DNA from: a virus
Taxonomy: Duplodnaviria > Caudoviricetes
Virus record (IMG/VR): IMGVR_UViG_3300044840_000012
Span: 1-59,473 of that record
Strand: one strand, 5' to 3'
DNA length: 59,473 bases
Made by a program: the position numbers and the translations under genes. This document shows positions 1 through 8,398 of this stretch, piece after piece. The notes under the pieces are model-generated. The model saw nothing but the letters and a program-made list of their open reading frames with translations, had not been told where the DNA came from and ran no database searches. Within the stretch, counting starts at the first letter, position 1. Each line of letters starts with the position of its first letter.

Positions 1-574
1 AGTCCGACCAACCGACGACAGCTTCTCGGTCCGGCTGACCGCCACGTACATGCCGGCGAACGTGCCGGATGGTGGGGCACTCAAGCGGACCGCCCCGTCT
101 TTCAGCCATGCCTGCTGGGTGTCGGTGAGCTGATCGCGGAGAGCGGTCATGCTCGACCTGCACCCTCATTGAAAATGTCGGCCAGGCGAAGGTAAAGAGC
201 TGTCGCGTGTTCCTCGCAGAACTGCGCCGTTTGACCGACAACGTGTTTGCGGGGATGGTCCCCGGCGTAGAGGTTGATCTGGACGGCGCCCTTCGTGGCT
301 GCGCCACAGACGGCGCACCCATGACGGCTCCGCCTCCCGCGTAGTTCCTCGAAGCTGCTCATGCCGCCTCCTCCAGCGCGTGACCAAGCGAAACGAGGCA
401 GCCCTCGCAGAGAAGCGTGCGAGCCGGGCGAAGACACCTACGGCACACCCGCTCGGCACCCACGACCACCGGAGCACAGGCCGGGGACCGTGGGTGCTCC
501 ACGGGGGAGGGAGCTGCACTGCCTTCGACCGGCTGAGGGTATGGAGCCGGGCGAAGATGGGGGAGAAGGACGAG
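1..574. repeat. Terminal overlap, copy 1 (matches 58900..59473)
   Basis: Ungapped manual alignment; 15 substitutions counted, all within the first 447 bp; last 127 bp identical. Confidence 0.95.
147..362 (-). CDS. Small zinc-binding hypothetical protein (variant copy of 59046..59261)
   Basis: ATG at 362 overlaps the upstream stop; CAVC...CEEH motif. Confidence 0.6.
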   Translation of the reverse strand: MSSFEELRGRRSRHGCAVCGAATKGAVQINLYAGDHPRKHVVGQTAQFCEEHATALYLRLADIFNEGAGRA

Positions 575-580
575 GGTCAC
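359..580 (-). CDS. Small Cys-rich hypothetical protein
   Basis: GTGA overlap with upstream gene; CRRC...CEGC; ends EEAA. Confidence 0.45.
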   Translation of the reverse strand: MTLVLLPHLRPAPYPQPVEGSAAPSPVEHPRSPACAPVVVGAERVCRRCLRPARTLLCEGCLVSLGHALEEAA

Positions 581-870
581 AATACCCACACCGTCACGAC
601 CCCTACGAGTAGGGCGGCGGTCGCCGTGAGTTCGGCGCGGAGGTCACCGGGCCGATTCCACGCCCACCAGCAAACGCCGCTCACAAGGGCAAGGACGAGG
701 CCTCGGGCGATGTGCCCCAAGGCGAAGCACAGAACGGCATCGACCGCCCAGAAGAAGGCATTCAGCAGCAAGAGCGGAGAGTGCGGGCGCTTCCACCGAC
801 GGCGAGCAACGTCCACCGTGTACCAGATGCCGAGGGCGCCGGTCTTCGGGTGGGTGAGTTCGATGCTCAC
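577..870 (-). CDS. Hypothetical membrane protein
   Basis: Three hydrophobic segments; ATGA coupling with neighbours. Confidence 0.65.
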   Translation of the reverse strand: MSIELTHPKTGALGIWYTVDVARRRWKRPHSPLLLLNAFFWAVDAVLCFALGHIARGLVLALVSGVCWWAWNRPGDLRAELTATAALLVGVVTVWVL

Positions 871-1064
871 GCCGGCACCTGCTCACGCCGAGCCACCAAG
901 CCCGTAGCCAGAATGTGGCTGCACGTCACGGTCGCCGGGCACGAGCACCATGGCCCCTCGTCCTTGACGACCACGGTGTACGGGCCGGCCTCGAAGACGA
1001 CGGTGGGGATCTTGCGGACCTTGCCCTCAGCGACGAGGGAGTGGGCCTTGGCAAGGACGCTCAT
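867..1064 (-). CDS. SWIM zinc-finger protein
   Basis: YTVVV...WCSCPATVTCSHILA fits CxCx(n)CxH; ATG at 1064 overlaps upstream stop. Confidence 0.8.
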   Translation of the reverse strand: MSVLAKAHSLVAEGKVRKIPTVVFEAGPYTVVVKDEGPWCSCPATVTCSHILATGLVARREQVPA

Positions 1065-1264
1065 GCGGCCACGTCGGTCGGTTCGACACCGAGAAGCTCG
1101 GCAACGGTGATCTCGTAGAAGTTGGCGAGAGCCCGCGCGGTGGGCGCGGTGATTTCGGCGCCCCGCTCGGCCGCCGCCACGGTCTGGCGCGTGAGGCCGG
1201 CGCCCTCGGCCACTTGACCCATCGTGAGGCCGAGCTCGAACCGGCGAAGCTGGATCCGGTTCAT
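1061..1264 (-). CDS. XRE-family HTH DNA-binding protein
   Basis: RRFELGLTMGQVAEGAGLTRQTVAAAERG...LANFYEITVAEL. Confidence 0.9.
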   Translation of the reverse strand: MNRIQLRRFELGLTMGQVAEGAGLTRQTVAAAERGAEITAPTARALANFYEITVAELLGVEPTDVAA

Positions 1265-1491
1265 GCCGCGACCCTCCGGCGGTGGTCCAGCGCGAGCGGG
1301 AAGAGGTCGTCGACCTCGATACCGAGGTCCCGAGCAAAGCGGCCTTGTGTCGAGCGGAACGGCGTGTAGCCAGCCTCAACTCGGCGAACGGTCATGCCCG
1401 AGACGCCGATGCGGATCCCGTATTGCTCTGGGCTCAACGCGAGTCGAACGCGGTGCGTGTGGATCGTGCGGGCTGCAAGCCGATTGGACAC
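1261..1491 (-). CDS. Cro-like XRE HTH protein (first lytic gene, probably leaderless)
   Basis: LSPEQYGIRIGVSGMTVRRVEAG...DLGIEVDDLF; divergent from the repressor. Confidence 0.85.
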   Translation of the reverse strand: MSNRLAARTIHTHRVRLALSPEQYGIRIGVSGMTVRRVEAGYTPFRSTQGRFARDLGIEVDDLFPLALDHRRRVAA

Positions 1492-1499
1492 AGTTCAAG

Positions 1500-1528
1500 A
1501 GAGTACAGACGACGTGAACCCGTGTCAA
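1500..1528 (-). promoter_or_regulatory. Early lytic sigma70-type promoter
   Basis: TTGACA (1528-1523), 17 bp, TACTCT (1505-1500), 8 nt before the GTG at 1491. Confidence 0.8.
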
Positions 1529-1573
1529 GGGCCGTGAACAGATTAGAAGCCGCGTGGAAAGCTTTGGGCGGCC

Positions 1574-2020
1574 GTGAGGCTCGCGGGGCGCTACAAGAGC
1601 CGGGTGGACGCCTCCGAGCTCAAGCGGCGCATCGACGCCGCCCGTACCCTGCGTGGCATGGGCCAGACCGACCTAGCGACGCTCGCGTGGGGAGACGGGC
1701 TAGGCAAGCACGACGTGGGGCGCATCGAGCGCGGCAAGATGGACCTCCAGCGCGTTCACCGAGAGGTCTTGGTCCGGCATCTACGGGTGCCCGACTGGTG
1801 GTTCACGGCGGAAGTGGAGGAGTTCGACCTGCGACTCCTCGGGCTCTACGTCCCGCCGGCCCGGGAGGGGCTACCGCCCGACGAGATTCGGGCTATCGCG
1901 GCAGAGCTGGCAACGCTTCTACTGCGGGCCGCTGAAGCCGTTGACCCATCAGCGGGAGGAGAACGGCGAGGATCGGACGAGCCGGATCATCCAGGGGTAG
2001 ACGAGGGAGGCGAGCCTTGA
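1574..2020 (+). CDS. Immunity repressor (XRE HTH)
   Basis: RRIDAARTLRGMGQTDLA...KHDVGRIERG...LRVPDWWF; divergent from the cro-like genes. Confidence 0.8.
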   Translation: MRLAGRYKSRVDASELKRRIDAARTLRGMGQTDLATLAWGDGLGKHDVGRIERGKMDLQRVHREVLVRHLRVPDWWFTAEVEEFDLRLLGLYVPPAREGLPPDEIRAIAAELATLLLRAAEAVDPSAGGERRGSDEPDHPGVDEGGEP

Positions 2021-2096
2021 TGAGGTCGAACACGTCATTGAGGAGCTGCTCCCCCGTCTTCGCCTGCCCATGGCCTTCGGCGAGTTGCGATTCCAT
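1893..2096 (-). CDS. Small helical protein overlapping the repressor 3' end in antisense
   Basis: AAGGAG RBS 9 nt before ATG 2096; upstream TAGACA-16bp-TATTGT; amphipathic helical sequence. Confidence 0.5.
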   Translation of the reverse strand: MESQLAEGHGQAKTGEQLLNDVFDLIKARLPRLPLDDPARPILAVLLPLMGQRLQRPAVEALPALPR

Positions 2097-2323
2097 GCTC
2101 TTCGTCTCCTTCTTCGCGTCCCTCGGCGCGTCCCCCAGTCCCCCACGGGTCCGCCCGGCGGCTCCTTTTGCGTTTGTAATGGTCCGCACAATAGACGATC
2201 CGTGGCGCTTGTCTAACCGCTCGATTCCGGTTGACGCACTGGAGTTCTTGAGTGGTCGGTGGGTCTTGAAGTGCCACGTGGCGCCTATTTTGACAGCGTG
2301 AAGCTAACTCGGAGAGGACGCGC

Positions 2324-2758
2324 ATGAAGTTCATCGGCGGCGTATTCAAGATCGCGCTCGGCATCATCGGGGCGATCATCATCATCGGCATCATCATCGC
2401 CATCGCCGCCGGAGGTGGGTCGTCTTCGAGCACGGCGACCACCACTGCGCCACCGGACTCCGTCGCACCCGCAGGGACCACCGATACCACGCCGGCCCAG
2501 CCGGCGGCCGCAAGCGGAGCCACCACAGATTCCTTCTCCGGCAACGGCGGAAAGCGCCTTGGGACTATCGTCGTCGCAGGCGACTCCACGATCCACTGGA
2601 CGAACGACAGCGGCCTGTTCGCCGTGCTCGACCGAGACGCGGGAATCGGCATCAGCTCGCAGGCCCCGGCCGGCACGTCCGACCTTCCGGCCGGCACCTA
2701 CCACGACGTGCAGATCTTGGCGGTCGGCAACTGGACATTCCGCGTGGTAGCAAAATGA
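2324..2758 (+). CDS. Membrane-anchored exported protein (superinfection-exclusion-like position)
   Basis: N-terminal TM helix, S/T/P linker, beta-rich C-domain; GGAGAGG RBS; next to repressor. Confidence 0.8.
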   Translation: MKFIGGVFKIALGIIGAIIIIGIIIAIAAGGGSSSSTATTTAPPDSVAPAGTTDTTPAQPAAASGATTDSFSGNGGKRLGTIVVAGDSTIHWTNDSGLFAVLDRDAGIGISSQAPAGTSDLPAGTYHDVQILAVGNWTFRVVAK

Positions 2759-2835
2759 CAAACGGTCAGGCGTGGCCGCCGTGATTCTCACGATCCTTGG
2801 CATCGTCGGTATACACGCCCGAGACCTCACGACCT

Positions 2836-2875
2836 AACGACGAAACGGGCCGCCCTCCCGAAGGAAGACGACCCG
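2836..2875 (-). terminator. Intrinsic terminator ending the late transcript
   Basis: CGGGUCGUCUUCC-UUCG-GGAGGGCGGCCCG 13-bp stem (with G-U pairs) followed by UUUCGUCGUU. Confidence 0.85.
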
Positions 2876-2899
2876 CTTGGATGCTCAGACGGAAGGCCC

Positions 2900-3142
2900 T
2901 TACCGTGTGCCGAGGTCCAGTCGCACGGTATGGCGTTCGCGGTGCCTCTCGGCGAAGACCTTGGCGGCTTGCACGACCGCTTCCTCGGAGACGGCGAACC
3001 CGAGGAGTGGGAGCCGCGCGAGGGCGGTCCTCGTCTCGCCCTTGACCAAGTAGAGCGTGCCGGACCAGAAGCCGAAGAGCTGGTCACGCCCAAGGTCGAT
3101 TTCGTAGTCCCCGGTGATAACTGCGGTACCCTGATCGGGCAT
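2900..3142 (-). CDS. Hypothetical protein with its own promoter (moron-like)
   Basis: GGAGGT RBS; extended -10 TGGTATGAT at 3216-3208. Confidence 0.65.
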   Translation of the reverse strand: MPDQGTAVITGDYEIDLGRDQLFGFWSGTLYLVKGETRTALARLPLLGFAVSEEAVVQAAKVFAERHRERHTVRLDLGTR

Positions 3143-3219
3143 TGGAGCTTGTACCTCCGTGTCATGGGCCGGGTCGTTTGCGCGATGCCGGCCCGATTAG
3201 TGCCCCGATCATACCACTG

Positions 3220-3594
3220 CTACTTCGGTGTCCCGTCCGCGTTGACGGCCTCGCCCACGATCTGGCCCTGAGCAAACTCCTCAGCGACCTGGTTGGGGTC
3301 GACCCCGGCCGCCTTGTACAGCTCGGCGGCGACCGCCTGGTCCGCTGTCCCGTACCCCTGGCCGTGAGTGGTCCATAGCTCCGCGAGCCGCGCCCACTGC
3401 TCGGGCGTTAGAGCCGGCGCGGGGACGCTCGGCGAGTCGGGTGGCCGACCGGCAGCCATCCAGAACGCGTGCGTGACCCTCGCCGCCTGATCAGCGACCG
3501 CGGTCGGGTGAGCGGCCCGCAGGGCGTTGTAGGCGAAGGTCCAGTCGTCGGTGGACAGTCGCTCGACCGCACCCAAGAACGGATCAGCCATCAC
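3220..3594 (-). CDS. Hypothetical protein
   Basis: Coupled to upstream gene; globular-looking sequence. Confidence 0.6.
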   Translation of the reverse strand: MMADPFLGAVERLSTDDWTFAYNALRAAHPTAVADQAARVTHAFWMAAGRPPDSPSVPAPALTPEQWARLAELWTTHGQGYGTADQAVAAELYKAAGVDPNQVAEEFAQGQIVGEAVNADGTPK

Positions 3595-4055
3595 GCCTCC
3601 AGCCAGCCGAAGTCACGGGCGGTCACGGTAAGCAGCCGCTCGAACTCCGGGCCGTAGCCGAACCGCTCGGCGTTCTGTTTGATCGAGCGGGCGAGGTCCC
3701 CGTCGGCGTGTCGCATCGTCGCGGCCTTCCAGTCGACCAGCATCTCGATCACGTCGAGTAGGTTCATCCCGGCGATGCCGTCCGCGAAGTGCTCCGGGTG
3801 GTGTCGATTCTCGCGGTAGTGATGCTTGAGCCCTTCGCCCATCCCCTCGAGGAACTGCTTGTACTCGGGGCTGCCGTAGGTCGAGTCGCGGAGCTTCGGC
3901 GTGTACTCGTTGAAGACGGCCAGCTCCGGCTCGCGAAGCTTCGAGCGATCGTGGTCGTCTGCTCGCCGGATGATGTCGCAGGCGACCCTGAGCAGAACGC
4001 CTCGGACGCTGGCGATGTGCTCGAACGTGTCGGGGCGACTGTCGTAAGCCATCAC
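3591..4055 (-). CDS. DUF5662-like HD-superfamily protein
   Basis: HDRSK...HHYRENRHHPEHF...DVIEMLVDWKAA. Confidence 0.8.
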   Translation of the reverse strand: MMAYDSRPDTFEHIASVRGVLLRVACDIIRRADDHDRSKLREPELAVFNEYTPKLRDSTYGSPEYKQFLEGMGEGLKHHYRENRHHPEHFADGIAGMNLLDVIEMLVDWKAATMRHADGDLARSIKQNAERFGYGPEFERLLTVTARDFGWLEA

Positions 4056-4384
4056 TTCACCTCCCGCGCGAGCTCGAGCGCTTCGGCGCTCCCACCGAAC
4101 CTAAGGGGGGCACGATCGTCCTCCTCGATCCGGCGAACCAGCGCACCCACCTGGGCGTCGATCTCCACCCGCCGAGCCTGAAGGTAATCCGCACGCTTCT
4201 TCTCCCGAAACGCCTCCGCCCGCCAGTACGACTTGCCGCGCGACTCGCCATCCTCGTTCTCGTAGTCCTCGTTGCGGGCAGCGAGCCCCCTCGCCTGAGC
4301 GGCCAGCGCCTCATGCTTCTCGGCCTCACGGATGTACTCGGCGGCGGCCTCATCGGACACGTAGGTTCCGGGGTGGTGGGACAT
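4052..4384 (-). CDS. Hypothetical helical protein
   Basis: GAGGAG RBS; coupled to downstream gene. Confidence 0.7.
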   Translation of the reverse strand: MSHHPGTYVSDEAAAEYIREAEKHEALAAQARGLAARNEDYENEDGESRGKSYWRAEAFREKKRADYLQARRVEIDAQVGALVRRIEEDDRAPLRFGGSAEALELAREVK

Positions 4385-4441
4385 GGGTTCTCCTCTCGGC
4401 TCAAGGCCGGGTTGGTGCTCTCCACCGGATGGCGGGAAGGG

Positions 4442-4600
4442 TTAGGCGTGCTCTCTCGTTGCGTCCTGCGCCTCGGTGACCACCGAACCCACCTCGATCC
4501 GAAGCTCACGCCGACCAAGACGCTCAACCTCAACGAATCGGCCGTCCACCTCGATTACGAGGCAACGCCCGGCCTTGCGGAAGGAGACGTTCCAGTCCAT
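4442..4600 (-). CDS. Small hypothetical protein (52 aa, MDWNVSFRKAG...)
   Basis: Manual translation; fills the gap after the RlpA-like gene. Confidence 0.5.
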   Translation of the reverse strand: MDWNVSFRKAGRCLVIEVDGRFVEVERLGRRELRIEVGSVVTEAQDATREHA

Positions 4601-4601
4601 G

Positions 4602-5000
4602 TCAGCGACTCACGCGAATCCGGGCGACTCCCGCGCTGATCGGGAAGCCAATCGCTCGAGCGGTAGCGATCGTCAAATCCCATTCACGCCCTGCGATGAA
4701 GGGCCCTCTGTCGATGACCGGCACCGTCAGGCACCGCCGAGCGCAAACCCGGACCCTCGTGCCGCACGGCAGCGTCTTGTGCGCCACCCCCAGCATCGTG
4801 CTGGTGAGCGTCGCCCCACCACACGCCACCGGGCCACCGGAGTCCGCGGGCCCGTAGAACGACGCCACCGCCCAGCGCATCGGGCGGCGAGCGTCGATCT
4901 TCGCTTGAACCCTCGCTCGACACGTCTGCGACGAGCACCAGTTCCTTGGGGCCTCATGCCCCGACACGAACACGAGGGCAGTGAGGAGGAGGGCCCGCAC
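4602..5000 (-). CDS. RlpA-like double-psi beta-barrel lytic transglycosylase with signal peptide
   Basis: ASFYGP...VAHKTLPCGTRVRV...VIDRGPF...REWDLT. Confidence 0.9.
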   Translation of the reverse strand: MRALLLTALVFVSGHEAPRNWCSSQTCRARVQAKIDARRPMRWAVASFYGPADSGGPVACGGATLTSTMLGVAHKTLPCGTRVRVCARRCLTVPVIDRGPFIAGREWDLTIATARAIGFPISAGVARIRVSR

Positions 5001-5378
5001 CTAGCCGCCGGTGGCGACGCCCGGGGGCGGCACGTTCGGATCGGCGGGCGGCTGCGGGCCCGGGGTGCCCGGGGTGGTGGTCGTGGGCGCCGGGGTTCCC
5101 GAAGCGGCCGTGGTGGCGTCGGAGAGCGCCTGGGCGGTGCTCGTGACGCTCGCGGTCAGCGCGTCGATCTGCGCCTGGCTGATCGTGCCGGCCGTCAGGC
5201 TGGACACCTGCGCGGCGAGCGCGGCGAGTTCGGCCGCGGCGGCCTGCTCGTCGGTTTGGAGCTGCGTGACGGCGGCGTTGAGGGCGGAGAGGTCGGCCAT
5301 GATGGTGATGCTCCTTTCGAGGATTCGATTGATCTTGCGTTCGATGCGTTCGAGGTGGTCGAGGTCGTCGTCGTCCAT
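5001..5378 (-). CDS. Coiled-coil protein of the lysis region
   Basis: Heptad-rich Ala/Leu helix with Pro/Thr tail. Confidence 0.7.
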   Translation of the reverse strand: MDDDDLDHLERIERKINRILERSITIMADLSALNAAVTQLQTDEQAAAAELAALAAQVSSLTAGTISQAQIDALTASVTSTAQALSDATTAASGTPAPTTTTPGTPGPQPPADPNVPPPGVATGG

Positions 5379-5869
5379 CAGATGTACCTGTGCACCGCCA
5401 GGATGTTCTGGCCCATCTGGTCGTAGCGGAGGAAGTTCGGGCCGTCCTCCGACCCGTGCGAGATCACCATTCCGCCGCCGACATGCATCGCGGTGTGGAA
5501 CCCGGGGAACCCGTTGCCGTAGAGCACGGCATCCCCGCGCTGCATGTTGCGAGTCCCGACGTTCTCGCCGTGCTCGAGCATCGTCCCGGTGTAGCCGGCC
5601 TGCCAGCTCGAGCCGTTCACGACGTCACCGACGCCGAAGTGATCGAGGCCATTCCACAGCCACCACGTCACCGACGAGGAGCAGTCGGAGTAGTGCGGGA
5701 ACTGGCCGCGCCACGCCTTCAGGTGACGGTCGATGCCCTCCCAGCGATTGCCCTGCTCACTGTAGTGTAAATCGTTGCCCCGGTTGTGGAGCATAAGGAC
5801 GGCCGCTTGAACCGCCATGTCTCGCGCGCGAATCCGATCGCGCGTTGAGAGTCCGGAGAGACGGGCCAT
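5378..5869 (-). CDS. Endolysin, NlpC/P60 peptidase
   Basis: DCSS...GYTGTM...GDAVLYG...HTAMHVGGGMVISHG (Cys-His-His). Confidence 0.88.
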   Translation of the reverse strand: MARLSGLSTRDRIRARDMAVQAAVLMLHNRGNDLHYSEQGNRWEGIDRHLKAWRGQFPHYSDCSSSVTWWLWNGLDHFGVGDVVNGSSWQAGYTGTMLEHGENVGTRNMQRGDAVLYGNGFPGFHTAMHVGGGMVISHGSEDGPNFLRYDQMGQNILAVHRYI

Positions 5870-5870
5870 G

Positions 5871-6311
5871 TCAGGCCACCTTTCTGTGAACGAGACCGTG
5901 GTGCCGCCGGCAGAGCCACGTCACGACCAGCGGTTGGGAGTAGTCGTGGTGATGAGCTTGTGTTTTTGGCTCATCGCAGAAGAGGCACGGTTCGCGCGTC
6001 AGGCGTCCACGTTCGGCGGCCTCTCGTGCCACCCTTCGCGCGTCCCAGCGCACCTTCTCTTTCTGGTACCGCCCGCGAGCCTGAGCGGCCAGCTTCTCCC
6101 GGTTCTTAGCGTTGCTCTTCCGTGCGCTCTCGCGTTGACGCTCCCGGAACTCCGGATCCTCGCGCCGCCGCCGCATCTCTTCGCGGTACGCCACGGGGTC
6201 GGCCTGCCGCTTGGCTCGCATCCAGCCGGTGTGGTAACACCGCTCCGAGCAGAACCGCCCGTGTCCGACCCCTGGCCCTTCGATGGTCTGCTCGCAGTTC
6301 TCGCAGACCAT
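5871..6311 (-). CDS. HNH-type endonuclease
   Basis: CLFC...AHHHDYSQPLVVTWLCRRHHGLVH; N-terminal Zn motif. Confidence 0.75.
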   Translation of the reverse strand: MVCENCEQTIEGPGVGHGRFCSERCYHTGWMRAKRQADPVAYREEMRRRREDPEFRERQRESARKSNAKNREKLAAQARGRYQKEKVRWDARRVAREAAERGRLTREPCLFCDEPKTQAHHHDYSQPLVVTWLCRRHHGLVHRKVA

Positions 6312-6895
6312 CAGACTGCCGGCGGGATCGTCGGGACGTTCAGGATGACCTTGCTCTGCGCGTCAGCGAGCTGCGCCTGAAGCGCCGCGATCTCCGCGTC
6401 CCTCGGGTCGGGGGCCGGCGCGGACGGCTGGCCCGCGTCACCAACCGGCGGCGGCACGTTCTCGTCCGCCGTGACGCCGGCGAGCATCGGGTCGAGCTCG
6501 TCCTTCTCGATCGCCCCACCCGGGAGCGCCGTCTCGAGGTCCTTCGCGACGGCCTCCATGGCATGAAGGATCGGCTGGAGCGCCGTCGGCACCTTCGCCT
6601 CCTCCGACTTCACCAGGGTCTCGAACTTCGTCAAGAGGCCCGGGTCGGCCTTCGCGACGGCCTTCGCGACCGCCTCGCCGTCGACCGCGATCTCGTGGAC
6701 GATGCCGGGCTTGGCGAGGTACGCGGCGATGGTTGAGGTCAGGCCGCCGGCGGAACCGGCGATGAGGGCAGCGATCGACGTCGTGTCGAACGTGCCGGTG
6801 ATCGCGAGGTTGACGAGGGCGACGACAACGCCGCCTGCGGTTGGAGCGACGCCCGCTGCGAGAGTCTTCGGGCTGACGCCTTGCGTGGTAGTCAT
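6311..6895 (-). CDS. Holin-like membrane protein with acidic cytoplasmic tail
   Basis: AAGGAGG RBS before ATG 6895; two N-terminal hydrophobic helices; upstream of endolysin. Confidence 0.65.
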   Translation of the reverse strand: MTTTQGVSPKTLAAGVAPTAGGVVVALVNLAITGTFDTTSIAALIAGSAGGLTSTIAAYLAKPGIVHEIAVDGEAVAKAVAKADPGLLTKFETLVKSEEAKVPTALQPILHAMEAVAKDLETALPGGAIEKDELDPMLAGVTADENVPPPVGDAGQPSAPAPDPRDAEIAALQAQLADAQSKVILNVPTIPPAV

Positions 6896-6983
6896 GCGGT
6901 CCTCCTTGTGGTCTCCCTGTTGGACAGGTGTGCGCCGGCCAGCCCGCGACAGGGAGGGCACGGGCGGCCGACGCAGATGAAGG

Positions 6984-7277
6984 TCAGTGAGTGGCGGGAA
7001 GCGGACCGGAGCAATCGAGCGGCATCGTGCGCGCCGCGTCCGCCCGGAACCGCCTGGCTGCGAGAAGATCCACCTCCGCCTGAGCGGGGTTCCAGCGCGG
7101 GCCACGCGCCAGCTCGAGACGGGCGCTCTGCTCCCTCGCAATCGCCGCGTCGATCGGGTACTGATGGATTGCGGGGACCAGCACGTTATGACGCGTACAG
7201 GACGCGTGGTCGTTGGCGTAGCCCGTCCCGAAGATGACAAGGATCAGCACGACGACCATCCAGCCCGCGGCCTTCAT
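6984..7277 (-). CDS. Membrane protein of the lysis cassette
   Basis: N-terminal TM; two Cys bracketing a helical ectodomain. Confidence 0.65.
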   Translation of the reverse strand: MKAAGWMVVVLILVIFGTGYANDHASCTRHNVLVPAIHQYPIDAAIAREQSARLELARGPRWNPAQAEVDLLAARRFRADAARTMPLDCSGPLPATH

Positions 7278-7975
7278 GCGCACACCGACGGCGTGAAGCG
7301 CTTGAGTTCGATCTGGAGCTGCGCCTTCTCGGCTTGAAGCTGCGCGGGAAACAGCGCGTAGTAGTCCGCGCCCGGGGTGCCGGGCTTGCCGACCGTCGCC
7401 AGACTCGACGCCACCGAGTCGTAAATCTGGCGGTAGACGCGGGCGACCCGCACGCAGAGACGATGCGTACTCTGCGCCGTCTGGGCCTTGAGTTGCGCCT
7501 GGAGGCTCGCGACGCTGGCGACGAGGGCACCGATGCGCGCCTGCTGAGCGGCGATGGACAGGATGAGCCGTCGGTTGTCCACGCTCAGGTGCTTCTCCGC
7601 CGCGAGCGCTCGCGCGTTGTCCCCCGCCCGGGCCAAGCTGATTCGGCCAAGCGCGAGCGCCTGCCGGTGGTTGATCGTCGCCGTCTTCCTGATCTGCGCG
7701 AGGTTCGCCGCGTTCTGCGCCTTGCGCTCGATCAGCGAAGCGGCGTCCCGGGCGCGCTGAGCCGCCTCGGAGCGAGCGAAGTCAGCGACCGCGGTGTCCG
7801 CGCTCATCGCGGCGTGAGTGGCCTGCTTCGTCGCCACGCTCGAGCGGTGAAGCGCGATGTACAGGCCGACGCCCATGAACGTCAGGGCGAGCGCGATCCA
7901 CGCCGTCGGGCGGTGACCGGCCATGCACTGGCGCATCGCCGGAAGGGGGCAGATTCGCTTCGGAAGATGCTTCAC
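7274..7975 (-). CDS. Membrane-anchored long coiled-coil protein
   Basis: TM (WIALALTFMGVGLYIAL) followed by an Ala-rich coiled coil. Confidence 0.7.
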   Translation of the reverse strand: MKHLPKRICPLPAMRQCMAGHRPTAWIALALTFMGVGLYIALHRSSVATKQATHAAMSADTAVADFARSEAAQRARDAASLIERKAQNAANLAQIRKTATINHRQALALGRISLARAGDNARALAAEKHLSVDNRRLILSIAAQQARIGALVASVASLQAQLKAQTAQSTHRLCVRVARVYRQIYDSVASSLATVGKPGTPGADYYALFPAQLQAEKAQLQIELKRFTPSVCA

Positions 7976-8054
7976 GAGACCAAGCCTCCTGCGCGTAGAA
8001 GCCCAAGCGCGATCAGCGAAACCCCACTGACCGCCCAGACGAATTGGTGCGGGT

Positions 8055-8267
8055 TCACTCGCGATCCCTCTTGCGTTTCGGCTTCTCCGGCGCGACGACC
8101 GAGACGGTGATCAGGGTGCCAGCGAGCGTAGTCAGCTCGGAGCTCGGGGACCTCCCGAGGATCGCCCAGAGAATCAGCTCGACGGCGCCGATCGTCACGC
8201 CGGCCGCCCGGGCGATGATGGGCCACGAGTACGTGAGGGCGTCCCGTATGGACCGGATGGGATGCAT
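8055..8267 (-). CDS. Small two-TM protein (holin candidate)
   Basis: Two hydrophobic helices and basic C-terminus KPKRKRDRE. Confidence 0.65.
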   Translation of the reverse strand: MHPIRSIRDALTYSWPIIARAAGVTIGAVELILWAILGRSPSSELTTLAGTLITVSVVAPEKPKRKRDRE

Positions 8268-8398
8268 TCACGGCAGCGCGGGGTCGGTCGTCTTGCATCC
8301 GGCGGGGATGCTCGGGTAGGTTCCTTCGCGCATGAGGGGCTCCTGTCTCTCGTGCCGGCCCCGGGCGGCGTCCACCGTGCCGGGGCGCTTGGTTTGGG

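Noticed and set aside
1-574. Diverged end copies as a diversity-generating retroelement TR/VR pair
   Set aside because: Mismatches are not adenine-specific on either strand and no reverse transcriptase gene is present
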